Positions 25,511 through 34,000 of a stretch of 39,592 nucleotides of DNA are shown piece after piece; within the stretch, counting starts at the first letter, position 1, and the number at the start of each line of letters is the position of its first letter. Position numbers and translations under genes: made by a program. Below the pieces are notes generated by a model. The model searched no databases. It had not been told where the DNA came from and saw only the letters and a program-made list of their open reading frames with translations. Origin of the DNA: Planctomycetia bacterium (lineage in GTDB: Bacteria > Planctomycetota > Planctomycetia > Gemmatales > Gemmataceae); contig JANNQE010000485.1 of the NCBI GenBank assembly GCA_031441625.1, positions 1 through 39,592 of the forward strand. The letters run 5' to 3'.

Positions 25511-26338
25511 TCAGATGACGTCCGCAAAGGTCCGCTCAGTCCGGCGGAAGTACCACACCCCGACGAGGAGGGCGGTGAGAGTCACGGCTAGGGAGAGGAG
25601 CCAGCCGCCGCCGGCGAACGGGTCGCCGACGCCGAGCAGGCTCCACCGCAGGCCGTCGATGACGAACACCATCGGGTTCAAATGGTATAGCATCTGAAAT
25701 TCGTTCGGCACCTGGGAAGTGGCGTACCCGATGGGCGACACGTACACCCCGAACTGGACGACGAACGGCAGCACGTACCGCACGTCACGGAACTTGACGT
25801 TCAGGGCGCACAGGCCGAACCCGAACCCGAGGGCGGTGGCGACGGCGAGCAGGAGGAAGAGCGGGGCGCACACGACCTGCCACGGCGGCACCAGCCCGGC
25901 GTACACCATCAGGCCGGCCAGGAACGGGGAGAGCACGAGCAGGTCCATCAGTGGCACGCCCAGCCCGCTGAGCGGCACCAGCAGGCGGGGGAAGTACACC
26001 TTCGACACCAGATTGGCGTTCGCCACCAGGCTGTTCGACGACTCCGATAGCACGGCGGCGAACAACTGCCAGCCCATCATGCCGGCGAGCACGAACAGGG
26101 GGTACCAGACACCGCCGTCGGCTTCCAGTTTGGCCACCCGGCTGAACACTATTGTGAGGATGACCACGGTGACGAGCGGGCGGGCGACCGCCCAGCCCGC
26201 GCCGATGACCGTCTGCTTGTAGTGCACGGCCACGTCGCGGCGGGCGAGCTGGAGCAGCAGTTCGCGGAACGTCCACAGGTCGCGCCAGTACTGGCGGTCA
26301 GCGCGTCCGGCTTCGAGGATCAACGGGTGGGGGGTCAC
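25511..26338 (-). CDS. wzm: ABC-2 type polysaccharide exporter permease
   Basis: 275 aa with 6 predicted TM segments. The N-terminal YKQTVIGAGWAVARPL motif is typical of Wzm/TagG. It lies directly upstream of wzt (3-nt gap). Confidence 0.85.
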   Translation of the reverse strand: MTPHPLILEAGRADRQYWRDLWTFRELLLQLARRDVAVHYKQTVIGAGWAVARPLVTVVILTIVFSRVAKLEADGGVWYPLFVLAGMMGWQLFAAVLSESSNSLVANANLVSKVYFPRLLVPLSGLGVPLMDLLVLSPFLAGLMVYAGLVPPWQVVCAPLFLLLAVATALGFGFGLCALNVKFRDVRYVLPFVVQFGVYVSPIGYATSQVPNEFQMLYHLNPMVFVIDGLRWSLLGVGDPFAGGGWLLSLAVTLTALLVGVWYFRRTERTFADVI

Positions 26339-27654
26339 GGGCGTTCACTCGGGCGGGGGGCGAGGACGAGAGGCGGGGGGCCGACCGCGGGCGTCGCCAG
26401 CACGCCCATCATGACGAGCAGCAGCACCGAAGACGGCACCGACGACAGGAGGCCGGTGCCGATGAACGCCGTCCCCCAACTGCTGACCACGACCGCGTAC
26501 ATGAGCAGGCGGCCGAGCTGCCACGGCACGCCGAACGCGGCCGACGGCACCCGCACCACCAGCCAGCCGACAAAGGTCAGCCACAGGCCCAGCCCCACCC
26601 ACCCCTGATCGACCGTGATGCGGCTCAGCTCGTTCTCCAGACCCACCTGGGTGGGCGCTCGGTCGGACAGGAAGTACGGGATGCTGGTGCCCACCGACGA
26701 CCCCATGCCGGCCCCGAGCGGGTAGTCCACCAGCAGGTCCAGGAAGGTCTCGTTCACGCTCCCGCCCACCCGCCGGGCGACCGCCTCGGTGTCGTCCAGG
26801 GTGGCCGCCCGTTGCAGCCGCTCGGACGTGCTCGCCAGCCCCACCCCCGCCGCCACCAGGACGGCCACCGCCAGCCCCACCCACAGAGAGAAGCGGCTGC
26901 ACACCCACGCCACCACGAGTGCCACGGCGAGGATGATGAGCGGGCTACGGGCGGCACACAGCAGCAGGCCGGCGACCGCCGCCGCCACCCCGACCGCCGC
27001 CGGCAGGCGGTCGAACACCCCCGCCCCGCGTCCGAACAGGCGGTCGAGCAGGAACGGCAGCGTGGCCAGCATGGTGCCGCCGTAGCTGTGCGCGTTCAGG
27101 AAGGTGCTCGGGATGCGGAAGGCGGTGTACCCGGCCACGTCGCCCGACCGGTACATGATCTCCGTCACCGCGTTCTTGGGAAACACCGCCTCGATGCCGT
27201 TCTGGAACTCGTACACGGCCACCGCCAGGGCCACCAGATTCATCCCCCCGAGCGTGCGGGCGAGGGCGGTCAGGTCGGCGTCCGTCATCCGGCTGGCGAC
27301 GAGCACGACGGGCAGGAACCAGACGGTGCCCCGCAGGGCGACCAGTTGCACCAGGTAGTCGTTCACCGGGATGACGGCGAGCACGGCCGGCCACGCGGTC
27401 AAGAGGAGGACGAACACGCCGACGGCGGACCGCACGAGCGGGCCGAGCCGCCGCCCGTGGAAGGCGAACAGGCCGGCGTACAGGCCGAGCAGGGCGGCGT
27501 CGAACATGAACGTGCTGAACACGCCCAGGAAGTTGGCCCGCACGACGCCGTTGAAGTAACCGACGGCCACCACCGCCGCCAGCCCCCACCCGAGCGAGCG
27601 GGCGGAGGCGAGCAGGGCGAGGGCGAACGCGGCCAACGGAAAGAGTAGGTCCAT
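26335..27654 (-). CDS. O-antigen ligase / polymerase-like polytopic membrane protein (Wzy_C-like)
   Basis: 439 aa with about 10-12 hydrophobic segments and one larger loop. The call rests on position in the glycan operon and an ATGA overlap with wzm. I cannot distinguish ligase from polymerase. Confidence 0.55.
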   Translation of the reverse strand: MDLLFPLAAFALALLASARSLGWGLAAVVAVGYFNGVVRANFLGVFSTFMFDAALLGLYAGLFAFHGRRLGPLVRSAVGVFVLLLTAWPAVLAVIPVNDYLVQLVALRGTVWFLPVVLVASRMTDADLTALARTLGGMNLVALAVAVYEFQNGIEAVFPKNAVTEIMYRSGDVAGYTAFRIPSTFLNAHSYGGTMLATLPFLLDRLFGRGAGVFDRLPAAVGVAAAVAGLLLCAARSPLIILAVALVVAWVCSRFSLWVGLAVAVLVAAGVGLASTSERLQRAATLDDTEAVARRVGGSVNETFLDLLVDYPLGAGMGSSVGTSIPYFLSDRAPTQVGLENELSRITVDQGWVGLGLWLTFVGWLVVRVPSAAFGVPWQLGRLLMYAVVVSSWGTAFIGTGLLSSVPSSVLLLVMMGVLATPAVGPPPLVLAPRPSERP

Positions 27655-27657
27655 GGT

Positions 27658-28509
27658 TCAGCCGCGAGCGGCGTACAGGCGGGTGAGCGGTGGGGCGAGC
27701 AGGTGTTCGTCCGTCACCGGCTGCCCGCTCACACCGAACAGCTCGAAACCCCACCCGCGGAGGAGCGAGAGGCACGCACGCGGGTCGCCGCCGGCCGAGC
27801 GGATCATGGCGGCGTGCAGTTCGAGGAACAGGTGCGGCGGGTTCGCCCCGCGGAGCGTCGCCTCGCCACCTCGCAACACGCCCAACTCGAATCCCTCCAC
27901 ATCGACCTTCACGTGTGTCGGCGGACCGCTCTCGGCCGTCAACTGGTCGATCGTCACCGTGTCGACCCGCACCTGCTCGGACGGCGGGTGGTCGGCGTCC
28001 GGGCGGACGAAGTAGCCGGCGGATCCGATCCCGGCCGACACCATCCCCTGACTGCCCGCCGCTTCCCCGGCCGCCGCCCGGATCACCCGCAACCGTTCGC
28101 CTAGCCCGTTCACCCGCCCCTGGTACCCCACCACCCTCGCGGCGAGCGGCGACGGGTCCACCGCGACGGCACGGGCGGTCGGCCCGCCGTAGTGGAGCAC
28201 GGCGAGGCTGAACAGCCCGAAGTGTGCCCCCAGGTCGAACAGCACCATGCCGGGCGAGCAGCGAGAGACGAATTGATCAAACTCGGCCACCTGCTCGGGG
28301 TCGGACTGCTGCGCGTGGTACGCCGAGCGGTACGCACCGGGGTGGCTGCGGATGACCCAGCCGGGACGGAGGGAGAGGGTGGCTGTCCACCCGCAGCACG
28401 CCCGCAGGTCGGCGGTCGCCCAACGAACCGCTTCCAGGGGGTGTCTCACCCACCCGCGAACGGTTCGGGGCAGGAGGGCACGCACCAGCCTTTTGCCCAG
28501 TCCCATCAT
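27658..28509 (-). CDS. FkbM-family methyltransferase
   Basis: Start re-called at ATG 28509 (MMGLGKRL), an ATGA overlap. FDLGAHFGLFSL and HVKVDVEGFELGVLRG match the FkbM motifs. Confidence 0.8.
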   Translation of the reverse strand: MMGLGKRLVRALLPRTVRGWVRHPLEAVRWATADLRACCGWTATLSLRPGWVIRSHPGAYRSAYHAQQSDPEQVAEFDQFVSRCSPGMVLFDLGAHFGLFSLAVLHYGGPTARAVAVDPSPLAARVVGYQGRVNGLGERLRVIRAAAGEAAGSQGMVSAGIGSAGYFVRPDADHPPSEQVRVDTVTIDQLTAESGPPTHVKVDVEGFELGVLRGGEATLRGANPPHLFLELHAAMIRSAGGDPRACLSLLRGWGFELFGVSGQPVTDEHLLAPPLTRLYAARG

Positions 28510-29615
28510 AGTCTCCGCGCGAGTAAATCCCCGCACCAGCGGATCGTGACCTCCGGGTCGCACAACTCACGGGCGCGTGCCGGGCCGCGGTCGCCCAACT
28601 GCCGCCGCCGGGCCGGGTCATTCAACAGACCCCGTAGCGCGTCGGCGACCGCGACCGTGTCCCCCGGCGGGGTGAGCACCCCGCACGTGCTGTCCACGAT
28701 TTCGAGCGCCCCGCCGATGGCCGACGTGACCACCGGCAGCCCGGCCGCGAGCGCTTCGACGAACGCCAGCCCGAACGACTCCGGCCCGGTGTTCGGCTGA
28801 CACAGCACGTCGGCCGACACCAGCAGCCGCGGCACGTCCGACCGCTGACCGGCGAATCGCACGCGGTTCGCAAGCTCCAACCATTCGATCGTCGCCTTCA
28901 ACCGCCCCGCCTTGGCCACGTCCGCCGGACTCGTCGTCCCGCCGACCACCCACGCCACCCACCCGGCGACATCCCGCAAGCGGCCGAGTGCGTCGAGCAA
29001 CTCCGCGTGCCCCTTCAGCCACTCCAGCCGGCAGGCCATCAGGATGACGACGGCATCCGCGGGCGTGTCGAACTCCGCCCGCACTGCCGCCCGGGTGCCC
29101 TCACGGTCTGTCGGCAGATCCACCTGCACCGGCAGGTACGCCACGTCCGTGCGCACGCCGGGGAACAGCGTCGGCACCGACGCAGCGGTGAACCGGCTAT
29201 TGGCGATCACCCGTTCCGGGCGGGTGCGGGCGGCCCAGCGGTCGAGCAAATTCGGGCGGGCGAACGGGCCATGAGCGAAGAACACCAGCCGCACGCCGGC
29301 CGACTTCACCACCGGGCTGAAAATCAGGTGATTCCACCCGCTGTGAACCACCACCACGTCGGGCCGGCGGTCGGCCAGCACCTTCGTCAGTGCCCGACGT
29401 GCCCGTAGCACTGTCCACGGCCGGCTGACCCGCACCGCCCCCAGATCGTGAACCGGCACACCGACGGCGGTCAGTTCGTCCCACACCCGCCCGCGGAAGC
29501 ATAGCCCGAATTCGGTTTCCATGTCGGGCGTGATGTGCCGCAGTCTCGCCAGGGTGACGAAGAACGTCTCCACCCCGCCGAACAGGTTGCCCGCGCCCAG
29601 GTGCAGTACCTTCAC
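28506..29615 (-). CDS. Glycosyltransferase family 4
   Basis: The N-terminus is MKVLHLGAGNLFGGVETF. The signature is QPNTGPESFGLAFVEALAAGLPVVTS. It has an ATGA overlap with the upstream gene. Confidence 0.85.
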   Translation of the reverse strand: MKVLHLGAGNLFGGVETFFVTLARLRHITPDMETEFGLCFRGRVWDELTAVGVPVHDLGAVRVSRPWTVLRARRALTKVLADRRPDVVVVHSGWNHLIFSPVVKSAGVRLVFFAHGPFARPNLLDRWAARTRPERVIANSRFTAASVPTLFPGVRTDVAYLPVQVDLPTDREGTRAAVRAEFDTPADAVVILMACRLEWLKGHAELLDALGRLRDVAGWVAWVVGGTTSPADVAKAGRLKATIEWLELANRVRFAGQRSDVPRLLVSADVLCQPNTGPESFGLAFVEALAAGLPVVTSAIGGALEIVDSTCGVLTPPGDTVAVADALRGLLNDPARRRQLGDRGPARARELCDPEVTIRWCGDLLARRL

Positions 29616-30844
29616 CGCGTCACCTCGGGGCCAATCACCGAGCGGTACACGTCCAGGCTCCGCTCGCCCATTGTCAGCCAGTCGAACTCGCCGGCACGCG
29701 CCACCGCGGCGGCGGACAGGCGATCACGCAAGCCCGGCTCCTCGACCAACCGGCGAGCGGCGGCGGCGAACGCGGCGGGGTCGTTCACCGGTACCGTTAG
29801 CCCTTCCTGTTCATTGCGGCACACCCAACTCACCCCGCTCGCGGGGATGGCGGTGTTCAGCACCGGGCACCCGCACGCCATCGCTTCCACCTGCACCAGC
29901 CCGAACCCCTCGCTGCGGGCGTTGCTCGGGAACCACAGGGCGGTCGCGGCCATGTAAGCCCCGGTCAGTTCGTCGTCGGTCGCCCGGCCGAGCCACCGCA
30001 CGCGGTCGCCCAGCTTCAACTCTTCGGCCCTTCGTTTCCATGCCGCTTCCATCGGACCGGTGCCGACGACCAGCAGCGTGCCCGGAGTGCGAGTCAGAGC
30101 GTCGAGTGCGGTGTCGAGTCCCTTGTAGTAGATGAGCCGGCCGACGGACAACCAGAGGGGGGGCGTGAATTCGGCGTGAAGGCGGGCGGCGAACGCCACT
30201 GCCGTCGCCGACGGGGTGCGAAACGGTGCAAGGTCGAGGCCGAGCGGCAGCGGCGTCACCCGGCTGCGGAAGGGGGCGAGTGTGGGCGAGCCGTCGATGT
30301 ACGGCGGGCTCGTGGGCAGGAGGCGGGTGGCCCGGCGGTACAGGGCTTGTTCGAGCGGGCGGACGAAATGCCGAAGCACCCGCTGGCGGACGATGTCCGA
30401 GTGGTGCGTAATTACGAGCGGGCGGATGCGGCGGTCGGCGAGGACGGCCAGCATCATGGTCACGTTCGGCGCGTGCAGGTGCCACACGTGCGGGCGGAAC
30501 TCGCGGCGGACGTGCGTGAGGAGTTGTGGCAACCCTGGGCACACGTCGAGCTTCGCCACGTTCGCCAGCCGGCCGACGCGGTGAATCAGGATCTCGCCAT
30601 CGCGATCGGTCGCGTCCTGGGTGCGGGCGAGGCGTTCGAACGTGACATCTTTGCCAGACGCGTCGGCGTGGTTCACCACCACCACCCGCACGTCGGCCCC
30701 GAGCCGCACTTGGGCGCGGGCGAGCGTCTGCGTGTGCGTCTCGATCCCGCCGGCGGCGGGTGGGTAATACTTCCCCAGGTGAACTATGCGAACCACCACT
30801 CCCCCCGGGCACAAACGAGCTGTCAGTGGGGGCAATCCGTGCAT
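29612..30844 (-). CDS. Glycosyltransferase family 4 (first gene of the array)
   Basis: The N-terminus is IVHLGKYYPPAAGGIETH. The signature is PSNARSEGFGLVQVEAMACGCPVLNT. The start is uncertain: ATG 30844, or GTG 30799/30796. The track start at 30907 is unlikely. Confidence 0.75.
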   Translation of the reverse strand: MHGLPPLTARLCPGGVVVRIVHLGKYYPPAAGGIETHTQTLARAQVRLGADVRVVVVNHADASGKDVTFERLARTQDATDRDGEILIHRVGRLANVAKLDVCPGLPQLLTHVRREFRPHVWHLHAPNVTMMLAVLADRRIRPLVITHHSDIVRQRVLRHFVRPLEQALYRRATRLLPTSPPYIDGSPTLAPFRSRVTPLPLGLDLAPFRTPSATAVAFAARLHAEFTPPLWLSVGRLIYYKGLDTALDALTRTPGTLLVVGTGPMEAAWKRRAEELKLGDRVRWLGRATDDELTGAYMAATALWFPSNARSEGFGLVQVEAMACGCPVLNTAIPASGVSWVCRNEQEGLTVPVNDPAAFAAAARRLVEEPGLRDRLSAAAVARAGEFDWLTMGERSLDVYRSVIGPEVTR

Positions 30845-30972
30845 GAGAAAGGTATTAGTCTGACGCCCGGCGACAATGCCGTGGCCGAGCCAAGGTGCTA
30901 TCTTCACTGGACTGCGGTCCGCCCCACCATCTGCCAGGTCGCATTGGCGTGTGGTATAGAATCTGAGGTGCC
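30845..30972. promoter_or_regulatory. Divergent intergenic region between the glycan array and the acyltransferase gene
   Basis: This is the only sizeable non-coding gap upstream of the 18-gene array. It is more AT-rich than its surroundings. It contains TATAGAAT at 30955-30962 and GAGGTG just before the GTG at 30973. No promoter consensus could be verified. Confidence 0.3.
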
Positions 30973-32064
30973 GTGTTGAGCGTCGAACTTTCGGCCGGCG
31001 GGCGGGTGGAAGCGGTCAATGTTCTCCGTGCCATCGTCTGCTTCGGTATCCTGACCAAGCACTTCACCACTCACGCCCCCTTTGCCGCCCACTGGGGCGA
31101 ATGGGTCAGGCAGTGGGTTCACTGGGTTCCAGGTACCGAGTGCTTCCTGGTGGTGTCAGGGTACTTCCTGGCGCACATGTTCCGCCCCGGCGAAAGTCAG
31201 TACCTTTCCGTACCGCAGTTCGCCCGCCGCCGCGGCCTTCGTCTGCTCGTCCCTTACTGGGTGGCTCTCAGTGTTGCCTATGTGGGGTTGATCGTGTGGC
31301 GGCTGGTGGTGCCTGGGAAGACGGTCGTGGACGTGTATGAGCCGCCCGCAGTGCTGGCCAATGTGCTCGGCGTGCCGGACGTGTTCAACGCTCCAACGCC
31401 CATCCTCTTCTTTTGGACCGTGTCAACACTGGTGCAGATGTACGCCATGTGGGCGGTCGCCTTCTGGGTGGTGCGGCGGTATTTTCTCGCCCGCGGGGTG
31501 GAGGATTTTCACCGTCGCACCGAACGGGTGATGATCGTGCTCACCTGGATTGCCCTCGTCGTGTCGGGTGGGCTCACCTGGACCGGTTTGATGCCGGACT
31601 GGAATTGGCAGTTGCCGCGGTGGTGCGCGTACCCGACCGCGGGGGCCATCACGTACTGGACGATGAGGGGACGCTCCGCCCGCACCGCGTATCTGGGGAT
31701 GGGCGTCTTGTTTGCTGTCGGGGCGCTCGTGTCCGGCTCTCCCCGGCCGCTGTTCGGCGGACTCACTTGCCTTCTGCTTCTGGCCAGCGGGAGCGGGTGG
31801 CTGCCCGCGCCCCGAGGCCTCCTCACATCGGTCCTCTCGGCGATCGGCTCGTGGTCGTACAGTGTGTACCTCGTGCACGGGCTTGTCGGGGTGCGGGTGT
31901 GGGCGGTGCTCGCTCTCCTCGGGTTGAGCCCAGACACCCCCGTAAAGGCAGCGGTGCTCGTGTTGATAGCAATGCTCGCGAGTTTGGTGGCCGGATGGGT
32001 ACTGTTCGTACTGGTGGAACGGCCGATGAGCCATCGTGCCCTGTCTGTTGGTTATCGGCGGTAA
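30973..32064 (+). CDS. Acyltransferase family 3 (OafA/YrhL-like O-acyltransferase)
   Basis: 363 aa, polytopic. The N-terminal VNVLRAIVCFGILTKH and the later FLVVSGYF motifs are typical of acyltransferase_3. Confidence 0.8.
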   Translation: MLSVELSAGGRVEAVNVLRAIVCFGILTKHFTTHAPFAAHWGEWVRQWVHWVPGTECFLVVSGYFLAHMFRPGESQYLSVPQFARRRGLRLLVPYWVALSVAYVGLIVWRLVVPGKTVVDVYEPPAVLANVLGVPDVFNAPTPILFFWTVSTLVQMYAMWAVAFWVVRRYFLARGVEDFHRRTERVMIVLTWIALVVSGGLTWTGLMPDWNWQLPRWCAYPTAGAITYWTMRGRSARTAYLGMGVLFAVGALVSGSPRPLFGGLTCLLLLASGSGWLPAPRGLLTSVLSAIGSWSYSVYLVHGLVGVRVWAVLALLGLSPDTPVKAAVLVLIAMLASLVAGWVLFVLVERPMSHRALSVGYRR

Positions 32065-32220
32065 GCGCTCTGGCTTTTTCTGTCAGGCTCGCGGCGGCGA
32101 GGGCCTGTCATCCGACGGCCTACCGCAACTTTGCCCTACCGAGTCGCGCCCACTTCCGTCGAGTCGTCGGGCGTGGTACAGTCTGACTCCCGCCGGTTCT
32201 CGCTTCGCCGAGTGTTCGCC

Positions 32221-33774
32221 ATGCCCCGCCGGATTGCCCTTCTTTTCCTGCTGCTCCTCCCCGCCATCGGTATGTCCACCGACCCGCTGCACAGCCGTCT
32301 TGATACCGTCATCGACGCCGCGGCGAAGGCGAACGGCATCCCGCTCAGCGACCCGGCCGACGACGGCGAGTTCCTCCGCCGCGCGTGGCTCGACTTCGCC
32401 GGCCGCATCCCGACGGCCGCCGAAGCACGGGCGTTCTTCGCCGACACGTCCGCCGACAAGCGGACGAAGTTGATCGACACGCTGCTGGCCAAACCGGAGT
32501 ACGCCACGCACCTCGCCCACCGCTTCCACCTGATGCTGATGGAGCGCCTCGGCGATCATCCGGATTGGACGAAGTACCTGGAAGTGAGCTTCGCCGCCAA
32601 CGCCCCGTGGGACCGCATGAGCCGAGACATGCTGAAGGGCGAAGCCGGCCACGGGGCGACGTTCTGGATGGCCAAGCGGTTGGAGAACTACGGCCAGCAG
32701 CCGGTCGATTACTCGGCTCTCACCCGCGACGTGGGCCGGCTGTTCCTGGGCAAGAACCTGCAGTGTTGCGAGTGCCACGACCACCTGACGGTGAAGGAGT
32801 ATAAGCAGGCCCACTTCCAGGGGCTGCACGCCTTCTTCCGCAACACGTCGCTCGTGGACGCCAAGGCGCTCAAGGTGGGCGAGAAGCCGACGACGGCGAA
32901 GGCGTCGTTCGCGTCGGTGTTCACGATGGCGGAAATGATGACGGGCCCGGCCCTGCCCGGCGGGGCGATGGTGGACATTCCGACGTTCGAGAAGGGGCAG
33001 GAGTTCGCCACCCCGCCCGACCGCAAGACGAACAGCCCCGGCGTGCCCAAGTTCAGCACGCTCGCCGCCGTCGCGGACCAACTGCCGACCGCCGCGAACA
33101 ATGACTTCGCCCGCAACATCGCCAACCGCGTCTGGTTCCTGCTCCTCGGCCGCGGGCTGGTCCACCCGCTCGAATTTCACCACACCGACAACCCGCCCTC
33201 GCACCCCGACGCACTGGCGTTGCTCGCCGACGAACTGGTGCGGGCGAAGTTCGACCTCAAGTATCTGCTGCGTGAAATCGCGATCACTCGGGCGTACCAG
33301 CGGTCGAGCCGATTGCCGAAAGGCGTGGAGAAGCCGTCCGACGCGAAGCACTTCGCCATCGCCATCGAAAAGCGGTTGAGCGCGGAAACGGTGTTCGCCG
33401 CCGTGACGACCGCGACCGGCACCCCACCGACCGACGCACTCAAGGCGAAGTTCCTGAAGGCCTACGCCAACCAGCCGCGCGAACCCGAAGACGAGGTACT
33501 GCCCTCGCTCCGCGGGGCGCTGTTCCTCCGCAACGACGAGGCGCTGCTGGCGCTGCTCAAGCCGACGCCGGGGAATTTGGTGAGTCGCCTCGCGGAGCTG
33601 CCGGCCGACAAGATCGCCGACGAGTTGTACCTGTCGATCCTCACGCGACTGCCGACCGCGGATGAGTCCGCGACTGTGACGAAGCTATTGGCCAAGCACG
33701 CCGACAAGCCCGCCGCCGTCGGCAAGCTGGCCTGGGCACTGCTCGCGTCGTCCGAGTTCGGAGTGAACCACTGA
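32221..33774 (+). CDS. DUF1549/DUF1553 (PSCyt2/PSD1) protein with signal peptide
   Basis: Start re-called at ATG 32221 (MPRRIALLFLLLLPAIG). FLRRAWLDFAGRIPTAAEARAF matches DUF1549. LQCCECHDHLTVKEYKQAHFQGLHAFF matches the DUF1553-like CxxCHDH motif. Confidence 0.85.
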   Translation: MPRRIALLFLLLLPAIGMSTDPLHSRLDTVIDAAAKANGIPLSDPADDGEFLRRAWLDFAGRIPTAAEARAFFADTSADKRTKLIDTLLAKPEYATHLAHRFHLMLMERLGDHPDWTKYLEVSFAANAPWDRMSRDMLKGEAGHGATFWMAKRLENYGQQPVDYSALTRDVGRLFLGKNLQCCECHDHLTVKEYKQAHFQGLHAFFRNTSLVDAKALKVGEKPTTAKASFASVFTMAEMMTGPALPGGAMVDIPTFEKGQEFATPPDRKTNSPGVPKFSTLAAVADQLPTAANNDFARNIANRVWFLLLGRGLVHPLEFHHTDNPPSHPDALALLADELVRAKFDLKYLLREIAITRAYQRSSRLPKGVEKPSDAKHFAIAIEKRLSAETVFAAVTTATGTPPTDALKAKFLKAYANQPREPEDEVLPSLRGALFLRNDEALLALLKPTPGNLVSRLAELPADKIADELYLSILTRLPTADESATVTKLLAKHADKPAAVGKLAWALLASSEFGVNH

Positions 33775-33776
33775 AC

Positions 33777-33811
33777 TGTTCGCCCGACGCGCGAGCGAGG
33801 GACCAGCCAGC
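33777..33811 (+). repeat. REP-like 35-nt element, copy A (TGTTCGCCCGACGCGCGAGCGAGGGACCAGCCAGC)
   Basis: 33/35 identical to the reverse complement of copy C. The first 30 nt match copy B with 3 mismatches. Confidence 0.85.
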
Positions 33812-33849
33812 GACGCGAAGTGAGATGGCGCTTCGCACTCCGTCCGACC

Positions 33850-33884
33850 TGTTAGCCCGACGCGCGAGCAAGGGGCCAGTGGCT
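33850..33884 (+). repeat. REP-like element, copy B (TGTTAGCCCGACGCGCGAGCAAGGGGCCAG...)
   Basis: Direct repeat of copy A. Its first 30 nt pair with copy C (33952-33981) with one mismatch, leaving a 72-nt loop. Confidence 0.85.
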
Positions 33885-33946
33885 AAGCGGACAGGCAGTT
33901 CGCGTGACAGGTGGTTGGCCGTGTGTCGCTCACCGAGTACCCGATG

Positions 33947-33981
33947 GCTGGCTGGCCCCTCGCTCGCGCGTCGGGCTAACA
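33947..33981 (-). repeat. REP-like element, copy C (inverted orientation)
   Basis: The reverse complement is TGTTAGCCCGACGCGCGAGCGAGGGGCCAGCCAGC. Confidence 0.85.
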
Positions 33982-34000
33982 AGAACGACCGGAGTTGCCC

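Noticed and set aside
30955-30962. TATAGAAT as a -10 promoter box for the acyltransferase gene.
   Set aside because: There is no convincing -35 at proper spacing, and it lies only about 10 nt from the GTG start. Planctomycete promoter consensus is not something I can verify. I kept it only as a low-confidence note within the intergenic feature.
33777-33981. Possible CRISPR array, because of repeated 30-35-nt units.
   Set aside because: There are only three copies, one of them inverted. Spacing is irregular (38 and 62 nt), copies differ by mismatches, and there are no cas genes. This fits a REP/BIME-like cluster.
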